Shown: positions 34,595 to 47,048 of the stretch, in pieces
How the letters are laid out: every line of letters begins with the position of its first letter
Position numbering within the stretch: the first letter of the stretch is position 1
Source: Coniocarpon cinnabarinum
Lineage: Eukaryota
Assembly: GCA_051942205.1 (NCBI GenBank)
Contig: JAVECO010000159.1
Coordinates: 1 to 55,571, forward strand
Direction of reading: 5' to 3'
DNA length: 55,571 nucleotides
Program-made: the position numbers and the translations under genes
Notes under the pieces: generated by a model
Database searches by the model: none
What the model saw: the letters and a program-made list of their open reading frames with translations, nothing else
Told to the model about the DNA's origin: nothing

Positions 34595-37042
34595 ATGGCG
34601 ACAATAGTGATCTCAGCACACTCTCTTGCACCACTTTTCTGCGGTCGTGCTCAGATCGGCCGCAGCTTCTCGACGCTCGCACAGTCTTCTACGAGGCGCC
34701 AATGCCCACGCCCTTATCTCCAGCATCCGCTTTGGCGCCCCTTGTCGACTTCACGGCAGCATAATGAACAGCGTATTGTCAATGAAGGCCCCTTATATCG
34801 AACGAAGACACAAGAGAAAGAAGAGGCGCGTCCTCCAAAGGGCCAAGATACGGAGAGTGTAAAACCCGAGACTATCGAGCGTTCAGAGCCGGCGGACAGC
34901 GCCGCCGGAGCATCAAAAGGTCCAGAGAAGACGCAACAACCGCTTAATGATCCTCTATTGAATGAGGCTACTGTCTCCGCGAAGGAGCAGCGGCGGGCGG
35001 ACTGGGCTATCATCAAGGAGATGAGCAGGTATCTGTGGCCGAAGGACAGTCTAGGTACAAGATTTAGAGTAGGCGCGAGCTTGGCGTTGCTCGTGGGTGC
35101 GAAGGTATGCATGCTGTCTCCTCGTGTAGGACGTTGACCCGGCTCTTTGCTGTATTGTAAGCGTCTAGGGATAGCCCTGTTGGTACCTGAGTGGACATTA
35201 GCTCATATAGATGTGTATGTAGGTGTTGAATGTACAAGTACCGTTCTACTTCAAGTCGATCGTTGACAGCATGAACGTGGACTTCGCTGCATTAGGTGGA
35301 ACCGTGACCACAGTCGCTGGAACCATGATCTTGGCTTGTAAGCACTTCCAATCTCTACCTGACACCCCGGTTGCACGCATGAGCTTCAGGCGAGCAAGAA
35401 GCGTGGCGTTGGAGCTAACAAGTCTTCAGATGGTGCCACTCGTATCGGTGCCGCGCTCTTGCAAGAGCTCCGCAACGCCATCTTTGCCTCTGTCGCGCAG
35501 ACGGCCATACGCCGAGTTGCTCGCAACGTATTCGAGCATCTCCTAAACCTCGACCTATCCTTTCACTTGACGCGACAAACAGGTGGACTCACACGCGCAA
35601 TAGATAGAGGAACGAAGGGCATCTCGTTTTTGTTGACGTCAATGGTCTTTCATATCATTCCTACAGCATTCGAAATCACACTAGTTTGTGGAATTCTCAC
35701 TTATCAGTATGGCGCTGGCTTCGCCGCCATCACAGCAGCCACCATGGTGAGCTACAGTGTTTTTACGATACTAACGACGTCATGGCGGACGAAGTTCAGG
35801 AAGCAAGCCAATGCAGCGGACAACGCAGCCGCCACAGCAGCCGTGGATTCCCTGCTCAACTACGAAGCTGTGAAGTATTTCACGAACGAGGCACACGAAG
35901 TCAACAGATATGATACCGCTCTCAAAGCATATGAGAAGAGCTCCATCAAGGTTGCGACCAGTCTGGCGTTCCTCAATACCGGGCAAACTGTCATCTTCTC
36001 GAGTGCGCTCACAGGCATGATGTGGATGGCAGCACAAGGAGTGGCGGATCCCAACCTCAACTTCACGGTCGGGGACCTCGTAATGGTGAACCAGTTGGTT
36101 TTCCAACTGAGCGTACCGCTAAACTTCCTGGGAAGCGTCTATCGCGAGCTTCGACAGAGTTTGTTAGACATGGAGACGCTGTTCAATCTACAAAAAGTCC
36201 ATTCGAACGTGGCGTCATCGCCAGATGCACCGCGGCTGTCGACGCCCGCCAAAGGTCCCAGCGGCGAAATTCGCTTCGACGACGTGACGTTTAGCTATCG
36301 ACCCGAGAGCGGGCGACCGCCTATCCTGAGCAAGACCAGCTTTGTCCTGCCAGCGGGTCAAAAGACGGCTATTGTAGGCCCAAGTGGCTCAGGCAAATCT
36401 ACGATTCTACGTCTGTTGTTTCGGTTCTATGAGCCGCAAAGTGGACGCATTACCATGGACGGTCAAGACATTAAAGACGTCAATCTAGCGAGCTTGAGAA
36501 ATGCGATTGGAGTCGTGCCGCAAGATACCCCCCTCTTCAACGCCAGCGTTGGTGAGAACATCAAATATGGCCGTCTCGATGCGGACGAAGAAGATGTAAA
36601 GAAAGTAGCGGCAGCCGCCAGACTAGACGACAGCGTGACCAGCTGGCCAAGCGGCTACGACACCTCCGTTGGTGAAAGAGGAATGATGCTAAGTGGAGGT
36701 GAGAAGCAGCGTCTTGCTGTTGCGCGCGTGCTTCTCAAACAGCCCAGTGTGTATTTCTTCGATGAGGCGACAAGCGCTCTGGATACGCCGACAGAGACCG
36801 CACTGGTGAGTAATGTCAACGAGCTAATGAGCCGAGGCGAGAAGAAGACAAACGTCTGGATCGCGCATCGACTCCGAACAATTGCTGATGCCGATCTGAT
36901 CATCGTCTTGGGCAGAGACGGCAGTGTTGCGGAACAAGGCACGCATGCGGAGCTTGTTTCCAGAGGTGGGATGTATGCGGAACTCTGGTATGCACAAGAA
37001 ATTGTTCCTGAAGAGAATGAATCCATAGGCGGAAGGGGTTGA
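34595..37042 (+). CDS. ATM1: Mitochondrial ABC half-transporter for Fe-S cluster biogenesis (3 exons)
   Basis: [64 protein letters not shown]; Walker [10 protein letters not shown]; signature [18 protein letters not shown]. Confidence 0.96.
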
Positions 37043-37256
37043 AGAATATCCATTTGCAACCTTTGCGCATCTCTTCAAACGGCTTTTCTGCATCAACGAT
37101 TATTTCAGCTACTAACTATGGACGGAGAAGTGCTCCCCTCAGCAAGACCACGCTCTGTTTCTTTGTGGAAGGAGCGACCTCATGTACTGACTCGCACGCA
37201 CAGCGAGAGAGATCCCTTTAAAGATGGGAAATGACCGTATTGCCTACCTATTCTGC

Positions 37257-38589
37257 TCAACGAACTAGGAAAGTTGGGTTGTTCTCCTCATCGAGCGTGT
37301 CGGCTTTGGATCTGTCTCTAGTCTTTCCATTGGGTGGAACACGTACGTGACGGACAGGACTTGCATTGGTTTTATCAGCATGCACCTCGATTTGCTCAGC
37401 GACGCGATGAAGCTGCAACCTAGCAGAGAAGCACTCCCAAATTTGAGGCACGAGGTCGGTGCGGACGTAGGAGCACAGCGATCCCAGACAAGGCAAATTC
37501 GCTGCGACACTCTTAATCAACATTGACTTCTGATGAAGAGCCGATCTGTCGGCAAAAAAACCAGACGTACCCGACACGATGGCTAAATTGACCTCGGCGA
37601 GCGTCCAAAGGACCGTAAGTGCGAAGGTCCAAGTCACATCCTCGGCGATGGGCTCTTCAACGAGAACGACAAGTCGCATGGCTGAGGCAACGGTGACGCT
37701 GTGTTGGAGTCAATGGTAATGAGTCTCGCCTAACATGATTCTGGACACCTACAATCCGCCTAGAAGAAACATGCCTGACACTGCTATTTTCTGCCATGTT
37801 GTTCTGTTGAGCCGGAAGATGAATGGTGTCGGCATAATTACGATGCCGACATCAGAGATGATGTTCGTGGTGGTAATGGCAAGGATGAACTTGCTTAGAT
37901 CGATGGGACAAGCGGCGTGGACGCTTTTGTCCCAGAGTCCACGTATCGGCACGCATTGAACACAAGTCAATAAGATCGTTTCATGGTCAGCTCTCTGCAA
38001 GCGCAGAACATCACATCTACTCACGACGCTGAATCCCCAAAGTGTGACGTACGCAGCCATGATCAGTACCAGTATGCGCATACCCCGATAATGCGCAAAG
38101 ATCCGCCAGTAAAGAGACAGGAACCCATACTTTGCCAGCACCAGGACCAATGAGTACGACAATTCGCCAACAAATAGATGTCTGCTGAATGACGCCAGTG
38201 CTTCAGGATCTTCAAGATGGAGATGACGTCCGAGTCCTTTGGGAATCCCTCACATTCACGTCAGCAAAAAGGCCCCGCGCTCCCATGGAAAAGAGAAATT
38301 GTGCAAAGACATACAAAGTAGGATGTCGACAAGAAAAGCGGTTGCTGGCAGCTGCAACAGTGGTTCAGGACCATTTCGTGTTTCTTCGAGTTCAGAGGCC
38401 TCTTACCAACGCGCTGATAATCAGCCAGTCGTCCCACCACAAAAACGTCTTCCTGAGGCGCCGGCTGAGAAGACGCAGAACCACCGCAACCACGGCGAAG
38501 ATGTAGGTCGATATGGCTGCGGCGTATAATGACGGCGCTCGATTGTCGGTTGGATTGTGGATGTCCTGTTTCGAGGGATTCGACATCAT
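37257..38589 (-). CDS. PTH11-like integral membrane protein (fungal rhodopsin domain, no CFEM), multi-exon
   Basis: VVLRLLSR..WWDDWLII, KYGFLSLYWRIF, QCVPIRGLWD..C, NIISDVGIVIMP, WTLAEVNLAIV..ANLP. Confidence 0.85.
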
Positions 38590-40581
38590 GCATTCCGTGT
38601 CGTTACCTCCTCAACGCATTGCCAACGGAGCAGAAGTCAAAAGAGGCAAGGGACAAATTTATGTTCTACGGCTGTGCTCGCGAATTTCTTGATGCATTGC
38701 AAAGCTAGCGGTACGTTGTTGGTGGGTATGAGGGACGTTGTAAGCTTCTCCAAAGGGACAAGATGTTTTCGTTTTTTCTGCAGGCATTAGAGAGCAAGAA
38801 CAAAAGTGCTCATAACTTGAGCCCTCATCCCACCTGGTTCAATGGATGAGCTGTTAGGCTCTGCTTACTTGCATACATGAATGACTGCAGCCTACTCAGA
38901 GCTCTGAAGTACTCGAGTTCTTTAGTTGTACTCAATGACCAGACTTCATCACCGCGAGTTCGAAGCGCACGATCCGAGTCTGGCTTGAGATATGTTGCAG
39001 CCAGTGTTGTTGAGCCGTGGTCATTGTGGTGGATAAAGAACACCTACGAGGCTCTATGCTACACACAGACGGTATTCTGTGACTCATTACTCCCACAAGT
39101 ACCTCATGCACAGGCGATCAGTACCATATTGAGATTCTGGGCATCCAATGACGCTAATCTGTTGGAGTGAAGTCTCCAGGCTGTGTTCATGCTCTCATGC
39201 ACTCGGAGCAGCGGTCAAAGATATCCCATTACACAATTGATTCTCACCTCTACACCCAATGTGTGAGACACGCAGAACGATCGACCACAAGTGGTCCTCA
39301 AAGTATCAAATGGGAAGCTGCTCGAACTGGATAACGCGGCTTTGAGCCAGCAAGAGTGACACGCACACGTCCTCTGCCTATACTGTTGTGAACGAGGCAT
39401 GAGTCTCTCGAGTGATACAAATGCACCAGACGGGGTAGCACAAAAGTCTTCTCCGGAGACAGCAAGGCACTCCTTCATGCAACACATTGACAAGCTCGCA
39501 TGCGGCAAAGCGTTCTCGTAAGCATAGTGGAGAGACCTGTATCGGACCATAAGACCACTGCACATCAGCAAGGAAATGTCATTCGCTGATCAAACGCCGG
39601 TGCGAGTGAGTGGCGCCGCATTCTCAGCCTTCTCCTCCGACCTCGCATGTGGCGATGCATTCAGACTAATCCTTTGTACCAGTAGGCCATTCACATAACG
39701 GATTGTTCACCGCCTAACGCAAGAAGCATTTTCGCGGCAGCAACGCAAGCGACGACGGCGACACTCCGAAGCCGACGGCAGTATACGATTCAAAGGTACC
39801 GACATGGGTCTCTTGCAGGAGAGTCGCATCAGCTCTTTGCAAAACTTGCTAGATGGATACCCTCAACGACAACATCATCGGCCGATACTGTGTCTATGTC
39901 CCGGTGTCGTCGGACGAAAAATCAGGAACCTGAGGATGTCAAGGGCGTGCGCGAGGTTGCCTCAGGCGTGCTTGCGGCCAAGATGCAAAGATCGGCGATG
40001 CAATGCCCACCCACGCGTTCTGAGCAAGGGAGCTGCACGTCACTGCAGATGAAGCCTGAGTACGTTGCTCGATACTGTTCCAAGGCTGGGAAGACAAACC
40101 TGCATTGCGACCTAGGCCGTGGCAAGACGTCGCCTGCTCCGGCTCGTCTTTGTTCTTGAGTGAGCTGTGCGCGTAAGATGCACTTGCATTGGTCTTGTTT
40201 CAGGGATAGACTATACATCGACCCGCGCATACTTTTGTGCTGTTGCTCGGCTCTTGAGATCGCCGCTGCTGAAGCAGGAATGGGGAGATAGAAGTTATCA
40301 ATGGTGTGATATAGTGCTGTGAGGCTGGCATGTCATCTATTGTAAGAGTGTTGTTGGCAGATAGGACAGCAATTGGAGTCTTAGTTGACTCATCGATACG
40401 AGACATGAAGGAAGCCACAGAGCCCGTTCCAGGGAGATTTAATAGACAGCCACAGACATAAGCAAAAATTGCAATACATACTGTGCCTCACCAACTACCA
40501 AACTGCGTCCATGATCTTACCAATCACCAAGCCCATCCCCAACCGCTCATCTCCTTCACATCCTCTCACCCCAGAAACACG

Positions 40582-42974
40582 CTACATCAAAGTCTCCATC
40601 CCACAACTCCCACACCCATCCCCCTCCCCATTTGTAGCCCCATTCCTCACTCCATCCGTCCGTCCGGAAGAAAGCACACTCGTCTCCGCGCCCTCCTGCT
40701 GATGCGCCCCATTAAGCGCAACAGAGCGACTCACCTTCTGAGTAGCAGGCGGCACATCAATACTCGGGTTCTTCTCAAAGAAATTAACGGGTTTCAGTCC
40801 CACGCGCAGAATTTCACACGGCATCACCGGGAAGTCTTCCACGCGCGGAATATGGTTGATCCCGAACTGCGCCCAGATGACGATGTCCTCGTCGACTACG
40901 CTGTCGTTTCTTGACGCCCAGCTGCGCACGCCCGTCCCGCCGCGGGATTGGTTCGTGTACCAGCCGCCGGAATAGAGTTCGCGCTCTGCGTACTTGGTCA
41001 CGTACAATGAGTGGTCGGCGAATTCGGCGCGTTTGTGGTTGAAGCTTGAAGCATGGGAGAGCATCGGTTGCATGGGCGGGATCTGCAATTTAAACCCGGA
41101 CATCGCGCCGTTGATTTTGTTCCGGGGCGCGCTGGCTGAAAGAATTTTGAACGTGCGGTTCGACGCTGGATCGAGATCCAGACCTGAAGAATGGGAGACG
41201 AGCGTGTCAGAGGTTGTGTAGCCGTTTCCGTGGGGATTCGAGACGGGGTCGAGAGGCATGGGATGAGCTTCTGAATAGACGAGGCGGTTATTCTGGCCTT
41301 CGATGGCGGGGTCGATCCGGAGGGAGAAGATGTGCTGGTGGTGGGTTGCGAGGACGCCGGGGTGGACGACCGTGCCGAAGGGGACGTCGACGCCTTCGTC
41401 GATGGGTTGAGTGGAGAGAATACCCGTGGCGCGGACTTCGTAGTGGAGCTCTGCGGCTTGGTTGAAGATGAAAGAGAGAATGTACTCGTAGTTCGCGACG
41501 GTGAGGATCGTTTGCAGGACGAGTTCGCGGTTGCGCGTCACGACGCCGCGGCCGGTGCGGTAGTTGGTGTGTTTCCAGCCGATACCGCCGTCCTGTTCGT
41601 GGATGCAGATGACGTTGGGCATATCCTGTGGTTTACCCTCGTCGTTGGAGAGCACTGCAGAGAGATAGTGGATTGAGCCTAGACAGTCACAGCCGAGTTT
41701 GAGGTTATTGGCCATAAGACCCGCACCGGCATCGCCGAGGTCAAACGCCGATTTCTTATGGAAGGGATGACGCGGGTCCGCGTAGGGAATGTTCATGTCC
41801 GACAATGACAATCGGTGGAAGAGACTGCGGTTGTCGTACGAGACATTGTAAAGAACCATGCCTTCACGCTGGTTAAAGCCAATGCGGAAATGCCATTTCT
41901 GCCAGTCGAGGACGTGACTACTGCCTTGCTCGGTGACCCGAAAGCTGACGCCTTCAGGCTGGACGACGTTGAGGGGCTTAACGTCCGTGCGGAGCTGTTG
42001 TGCTTCGGGGATGTATTCGTTGTCAGGGACGACTTTGAAGGGTTTGGGTTCTTGGGGAATGGTGTTGTCGGCGCCGGTGGGCATCCAGTCGATGCGGATG
42101 ACTTTGCGGGTTTCGGAAGAGATGACAGGGGAAATGGGAAGTGGGAGGGCGTAGTGGTTGCTGTTGGGTTCATTTGCGTAGTTGAGTCCGCGTACGTAAA
42201 GGAATGTCTGATACATTCGCTCGTCGTCATTGACACCATCTGAACCTACAGAAAAGTTAGACGTGGCACACAGAGTACTGCAAGAAAAGCCCTCTACCAT
42301 AGATCCACGGGTCACAAACAACAACAGCGCCTTCAGGTAATTTCAGCTTCTCAATCTCCTGCTTGACACCCTCGTCTTCAAGTGCAATCGTCTCCATCGC
42401 CATTATTTCCTCAGCGTCCCCTGCGCCATGGACGTTCTTACCGAGACGAACATTGCTTTCAACCTTTTGCTCACTGAGATTGATGACGGCTTCGTGGAGC
42501 TTGGTCGTTTTGCGCAAGTAATAGTTGATGAATGCCTTCCGACCTAAGGAGGGCACCGTCTTGCCAGCACGTTCAGCCTCAAGATACGGAATGACTTCCA
42601 GCTTTGGTGGTTCAGCAAGTGTGATCGTCTTGTACTGGATGTCGGTCCCTTCTGGCCATTGCGTTTTCAAAAGAGTTGATGCGTTGACGATCTCATCGGC
42701 AGAGAGCGGTGCATAGGGATGTGGCGCCTGCGTCGATGAAGCTTAGCAAAGCTATCGATGCATCACGAGAACTAAACAGATTTTATAGAGCCGTATTTGC
42801 TAGTTCAGTAGCCGGGGCACGTGCGCTCAATGATCTTGCTCAGAAAGATTTGCGGAGTAGAAGAGGCATACAAGCTCATTGAAGCAACAGCGATGGCGTA
42901 TGTATTGCTGATGCACTTACCTGCAACTTCGTTCGCACCGGCAGAGCAGTCTCGGTAACAGCCTCGGGCGCCAT
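40582..42974 (-). CDS. Copper amine oxidase (TPQ-dependent), 3 exons
   Basis: HPYAPLSADEI; FDLGD; LGCDCLG; WKHTN; TPQ consensus ANYEY; Cu ligands HQH and H in HIPRVEDFPVMP. Confidence 0.95.
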
Positions 42975-43837
42975 GGCTTAGTCTGTTTTCTTTTGCAGGC
43001 TCGGATCACCAGTGTTGTGGAAATGTGCCTGCAACTTTGAACTTTGCAAAACGAATGCGTCACGCAACAGGAATCATGTATCGATGAAACGTCAACGCGG
43101 ATGCAAGATAAACGTAGGTCTAGAGGGTGGCGATCGCGAACCTGCTATATACCTTGCACACAGAATCCTATCCGAGCTCCGAGCGCGTCGGACTGATAGG
43201 GAACTGCCATGCGACAGAGATTGCCAGAGCTTGTTGCTCGCGACACATTGTTGCGAGCCTCACCTACTGAAGCGGATCACAACAGACCTACCCCAGCATG
43301 CCCAGCAATTCTACTCTCGGTGAATGAGCATTGGCAACCTCCAAGGTCGCAGAGTCGTCGAGCTTAATCCATGGAAATACACGGCAATCAAATAGTTTGC
43401 TGCATGGTCCTGATATTTCCTTGGAAGCGTGTCGAAGCTGGCCATTTGGCGACGGTACTTCTCCCAGCATGATCCGGTCTTGATCCACGTTGAGCAAAAG
43501 AGTGGGGCATTGCGGTCAGGAATGGCCACGTCTCGACTTCTTCGTGTAATACAACGCTTGCGGATCGAAAAATGTTGAATACTGCTGTACCAACGTCTGG
43601 CGGACTCACATCGCCTCGAAAATGGTTACAGAAGACTTGTACACCGACCTACCTGTCGTTCATAGATAATCGAAGCGTGTAGCAACGCACATGCGCAAAT
43701 CCTCCCGGTTGGTCTCTCGTCGGCTTGAAACATGACTTTCATTGATCGTTTCGTTCCACGCACATCAGCAAGTTTGTCAGCAGCGTGATTGAAGATACGG
43801 ATGATACGCAAGGGTATCAAAACGTGCATCGTGTTAT

Positions 43838-45029
43838 TCATCTCCACGTGGGCGGGTGTTGCTGTGTCGTGGTCACACTGACCTGACTTGCCCCGTACTC
43901 GTCTTTCCCAGCGCCAACTTGATATGACATGAGCTCGGTGTGTTCTCGGTCCCAGGCAGCATCGGCCGCCAGTCTCTCCTTCTTGCCAGCTCGACGTTGC
44001 TTAAAGAAAAAGAAGACGAAAGCTAAGCCACCCAGTGCCGCTGCGCCGACCGCACCGGCCGCAATGCCCACTTTGGCTCCTGTCGTCAGACCGTGCCACC
44101 GCTGCGTCATTGATTGCGGTGGTGGCTTATTCGCATCCTCTGCCGCGGAGCTGGTGCCATTCTCGATCTTAATCTTCTGCCAGCTGCCATCTGAAGGCGT
44201 GTCATATGTGTAACTGCTTGCATTGGTGGACCCATCCTTTATTTTGATGCTTTTCACGGTCATCGCGAACGGCGCCTGATCCCACTGTGTTGGTCCCCCA
44301 GCCCAGGCTACCGTACCAGGCTGATCACTGTCGCCAGCGCTCCACAGTCCCATCTTGATGAAAGAAGGGGTCTGTGGGTAATGCTTTGGAGCCGAGTAGG
44401 CATATGTACGAACCAGCTGGTTGTCGAACCACCACTGGATCTGCTCCTGCGTCCAGCTGACTCGGTAGGTATGAAGCTGTGATTGAGGCGAAGGTGTGAC
44501 TGGATACCAAATTGCATTGTTCTGTGACTGGTCGCCCTGACCATACCAATTAGTTGAGACATGTGTTGAATTTGATCCTTGCGCTTCGACGTCTGAAAGA
44601 CATTTGTGGTCAGCTAATGATTGAGTTATGAATAAGTCACTTCGTCTCACCGATCTCGTCCAGGTCATCAGACAGGAACGTCAACGTGGAAATTATCCCT
44701 TGCCCGCTTGCTGCTTGATACTGGATCTCGACCTCTCCCCAAAAGATGTAGAAACTCGTTTGCGCCGTCACCGAGTCGCCCTTGTTATTTAACGTCATAA
44801 CCAAGCCAGAGTCTTTCATATTCATGAGCTGCGCTCCTCCCGTGACTGTCCAGAAGTCCTCGTCCAATGCGCTGGGGCTGCTCGAGTTCCATGTCTGTGA
44901 GAAGGTTGTCCCCAACGCCCCGTCTTTGGGACAAGCGGACGTGAGAGGATTGCATTTGGTCGAGGTCTGTCCTGATGCAAGCGAAGCAAGTATCAGAGTA
45001 GTGACACCCGTCACTCCAATAATCGCCAT
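43838..45029 (-). CDS. GH16 Crh-family cell-wall chitin transglycosylase with C-terminal TM helix
   Basis: Signal peptide; CNPLTSAC; catalytic DEIDVE formed across the intron; HTYRVSW; YPQTP..GLWSAGD..GTVAWAGG; TM segment followed by KQRRAGKK. Confidence 0.92.
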
Positions 45030-46132
45030 GCTTTACTTATATATGTTCCAACGCGCAGACGTTGGTGTCAAGCGTCAGAAAAGGCTCTCTTTGTTCGCTG
45101 GCCTGCAGCGATTCTATGAGAGCTAAGGAGTGTTGGTATTTTCCCTAAAAGAAGGAGCGACTTGCGGATGATGTAAATGAAAGGACGGCGCGAATCCAGT
45201 GAGAACCGCTCCAAGGGCGTCAAAAAGATCGTCAAGGAATGAAATTACGAAGGGGACGCTCGCTGCAACAATTGATGGACGCCATTGAGTTGCCAAGCCC
45301 GCCGAGTCTGCTGGCGCTTAGGAAGGTCACGTGGTCTGCTGCTCTGCTCCGCAATCGAAACCTGCCCGAATAAAAAAAACAGCCCTGACCTCGCCCTATT
45401 CCTCGATCTCCAGTGATGGATATTGAATGCAGAATGATTGCAAGGAAGCCGGAACCTCTCTACTAAGCCTTGTACTGCCTAGCACGCATCCTCGACTTCT
45501 CTAGATTCAGGTCTATGATGAGTTTCTATATATAGAAATATATTTAGAAATTATAGCCACCTATACCTGATCGCGCAGAGCCTGAGTAGGCTGAGGCTAC
45601 GTACGACAAGCGGACCGTCGTTGAAGGCGAACGGATACGTGCTAAGCTCGTGAAGGTGACACTGATTGATCAACGAGAACGGGACATGGAAAACATGTAC
45701 ACGTTACGAATTCCAGAGATAATGTCTCCTGCCAGATATCAAGACAGTCAAGCATTCACGCTTGATTTGAGAAAGTGTTGTATGACAATGCCGAAGACCC
45801 ACGTTTCATGCCAGTAAGACTTTGCATCATAGGCGATGATGTGCGCAACAAGATACCTAAAGAAGCTCGGATCCGGCTCACCGGGGGCCACTAATTACGA
45901 TGACAAGATCTGTCTCGCAACATGATACTGGACTGTGCTAGAGAGATGCCATGCCATACGTCGCATGAACCGACTGAAGCACACCAGACTCGAGTATAAA
46001 ATCATGAGTACAATAGCCATCATCTTCAATCTTCAGACTTGAGCATTTACTCACAAAAGCACAAATCGCCGAGCACTACATCGCATTCTCATTCGAATTC
46101 CCAGAGCTTCGTGCGGTGGTCGACTCCGAACA

Positions 46133-46399
46133 ATGCCCTATGTCAATCGTTGTGGTGATTGCAAAGAAGATATAGCAGGCGGGAATCGTGGTTGGGAACT
46201 GCATGTGGGCGGTGCGCACCATAAAGAAGTGGTTACGAGTATCCTAATTCGTTCCCACTCCGCCGTTTTGACAAGTGCAAAACGGCGTCTAACAGCATGT
46301 CTAGCGGCGGAATCAAGCAACAGCTTCGTCATCAACGGACAACCAGTCTGGGAATCAGGCTCAAGCCAACGATGTTGCGAGGGCTGCGAACGAGCGTAG
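46133..46399 (+). CDS. Putative small protein with matrin/U1-type C2H2 zinc finger
   Basis: CGDC-x13-H-x5-H pattern (CGDCKEDIAGGNRGWELHVGGAHHK); possible in-frame intron 46239-46304 (GTATCC..CTAAC..TAG). Confidence 0.4.
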   Translation: MPYVNRCGDCKEDIAGGNRGWELHVGGAHHKEVVTSILIRSHSAVLTSAKRRLTACLAAESSNSFVINGQPVWESGSSQRCCEGCERA

Positions 46400-47048
46400 C
46401 TGGCGAGTCGCACTCGGCAACAGCAATCGACTGGACAGCGATATGACTGTAGCACGGGAAAAAACGATGTTGCCACCTTCAACCGCCTACACGGTGAACG
46501 AGAAGTGTGAGTTCCGTTTCCATCAAAAGCACTCAAGCATTTAAGAAAGTGACAACTAACGGAGATCATAAACATTTACGAACAATGGAATCCCTGAATG
46601 CTGCATTGCATAGAATAGGCCATCATTTGGGTCCACATCGCAATGTTCCGGCTTCAAGTGCTCCTATGTAGGACAGAGGACAAAATCATCTCCTTACAAG
46701 GGTTATGGATGACCTACCAGCATGTTTCCAGGAACACATAGCCGCAATAGAACGCAATGATCATTCTTTCAATTTGCAGAAACAACGAAAAGATTATGTG
46801 GAACTTGGGATTGGCTTTTCATGTCGATTGTAGAACGTGATGCTTTAAGGGTGAGCGACTATGAAGCAACTTACAATCCCTAGTGCTTGCTCTTCGAAGG
46901 TGAGCTCAAGCATGCATGCAAGAGGTAACGTAACGAACATTCGCAGCGGCACACTTGCGTTCATTGTCCCGATGAAGTAGTAGCTGCAGATTTTGAGCTC
47001 AGCCAACGAGTGCTCAGCCTGCGTACACTTTCTACCAGTCCCTGCTCG

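Noticed and set aside
38800..40450. Short ORFs in the long intergenic region
   Set aside because: No domains or splice structure that I can support; no tRNA or 5S rRNA recognised here or elsewhere in the window.
45524..45556. AT palindrome TTCTATATATAGAA
   Set aside because: Short, low-complexity TA run; a TATA-like or chance feature.
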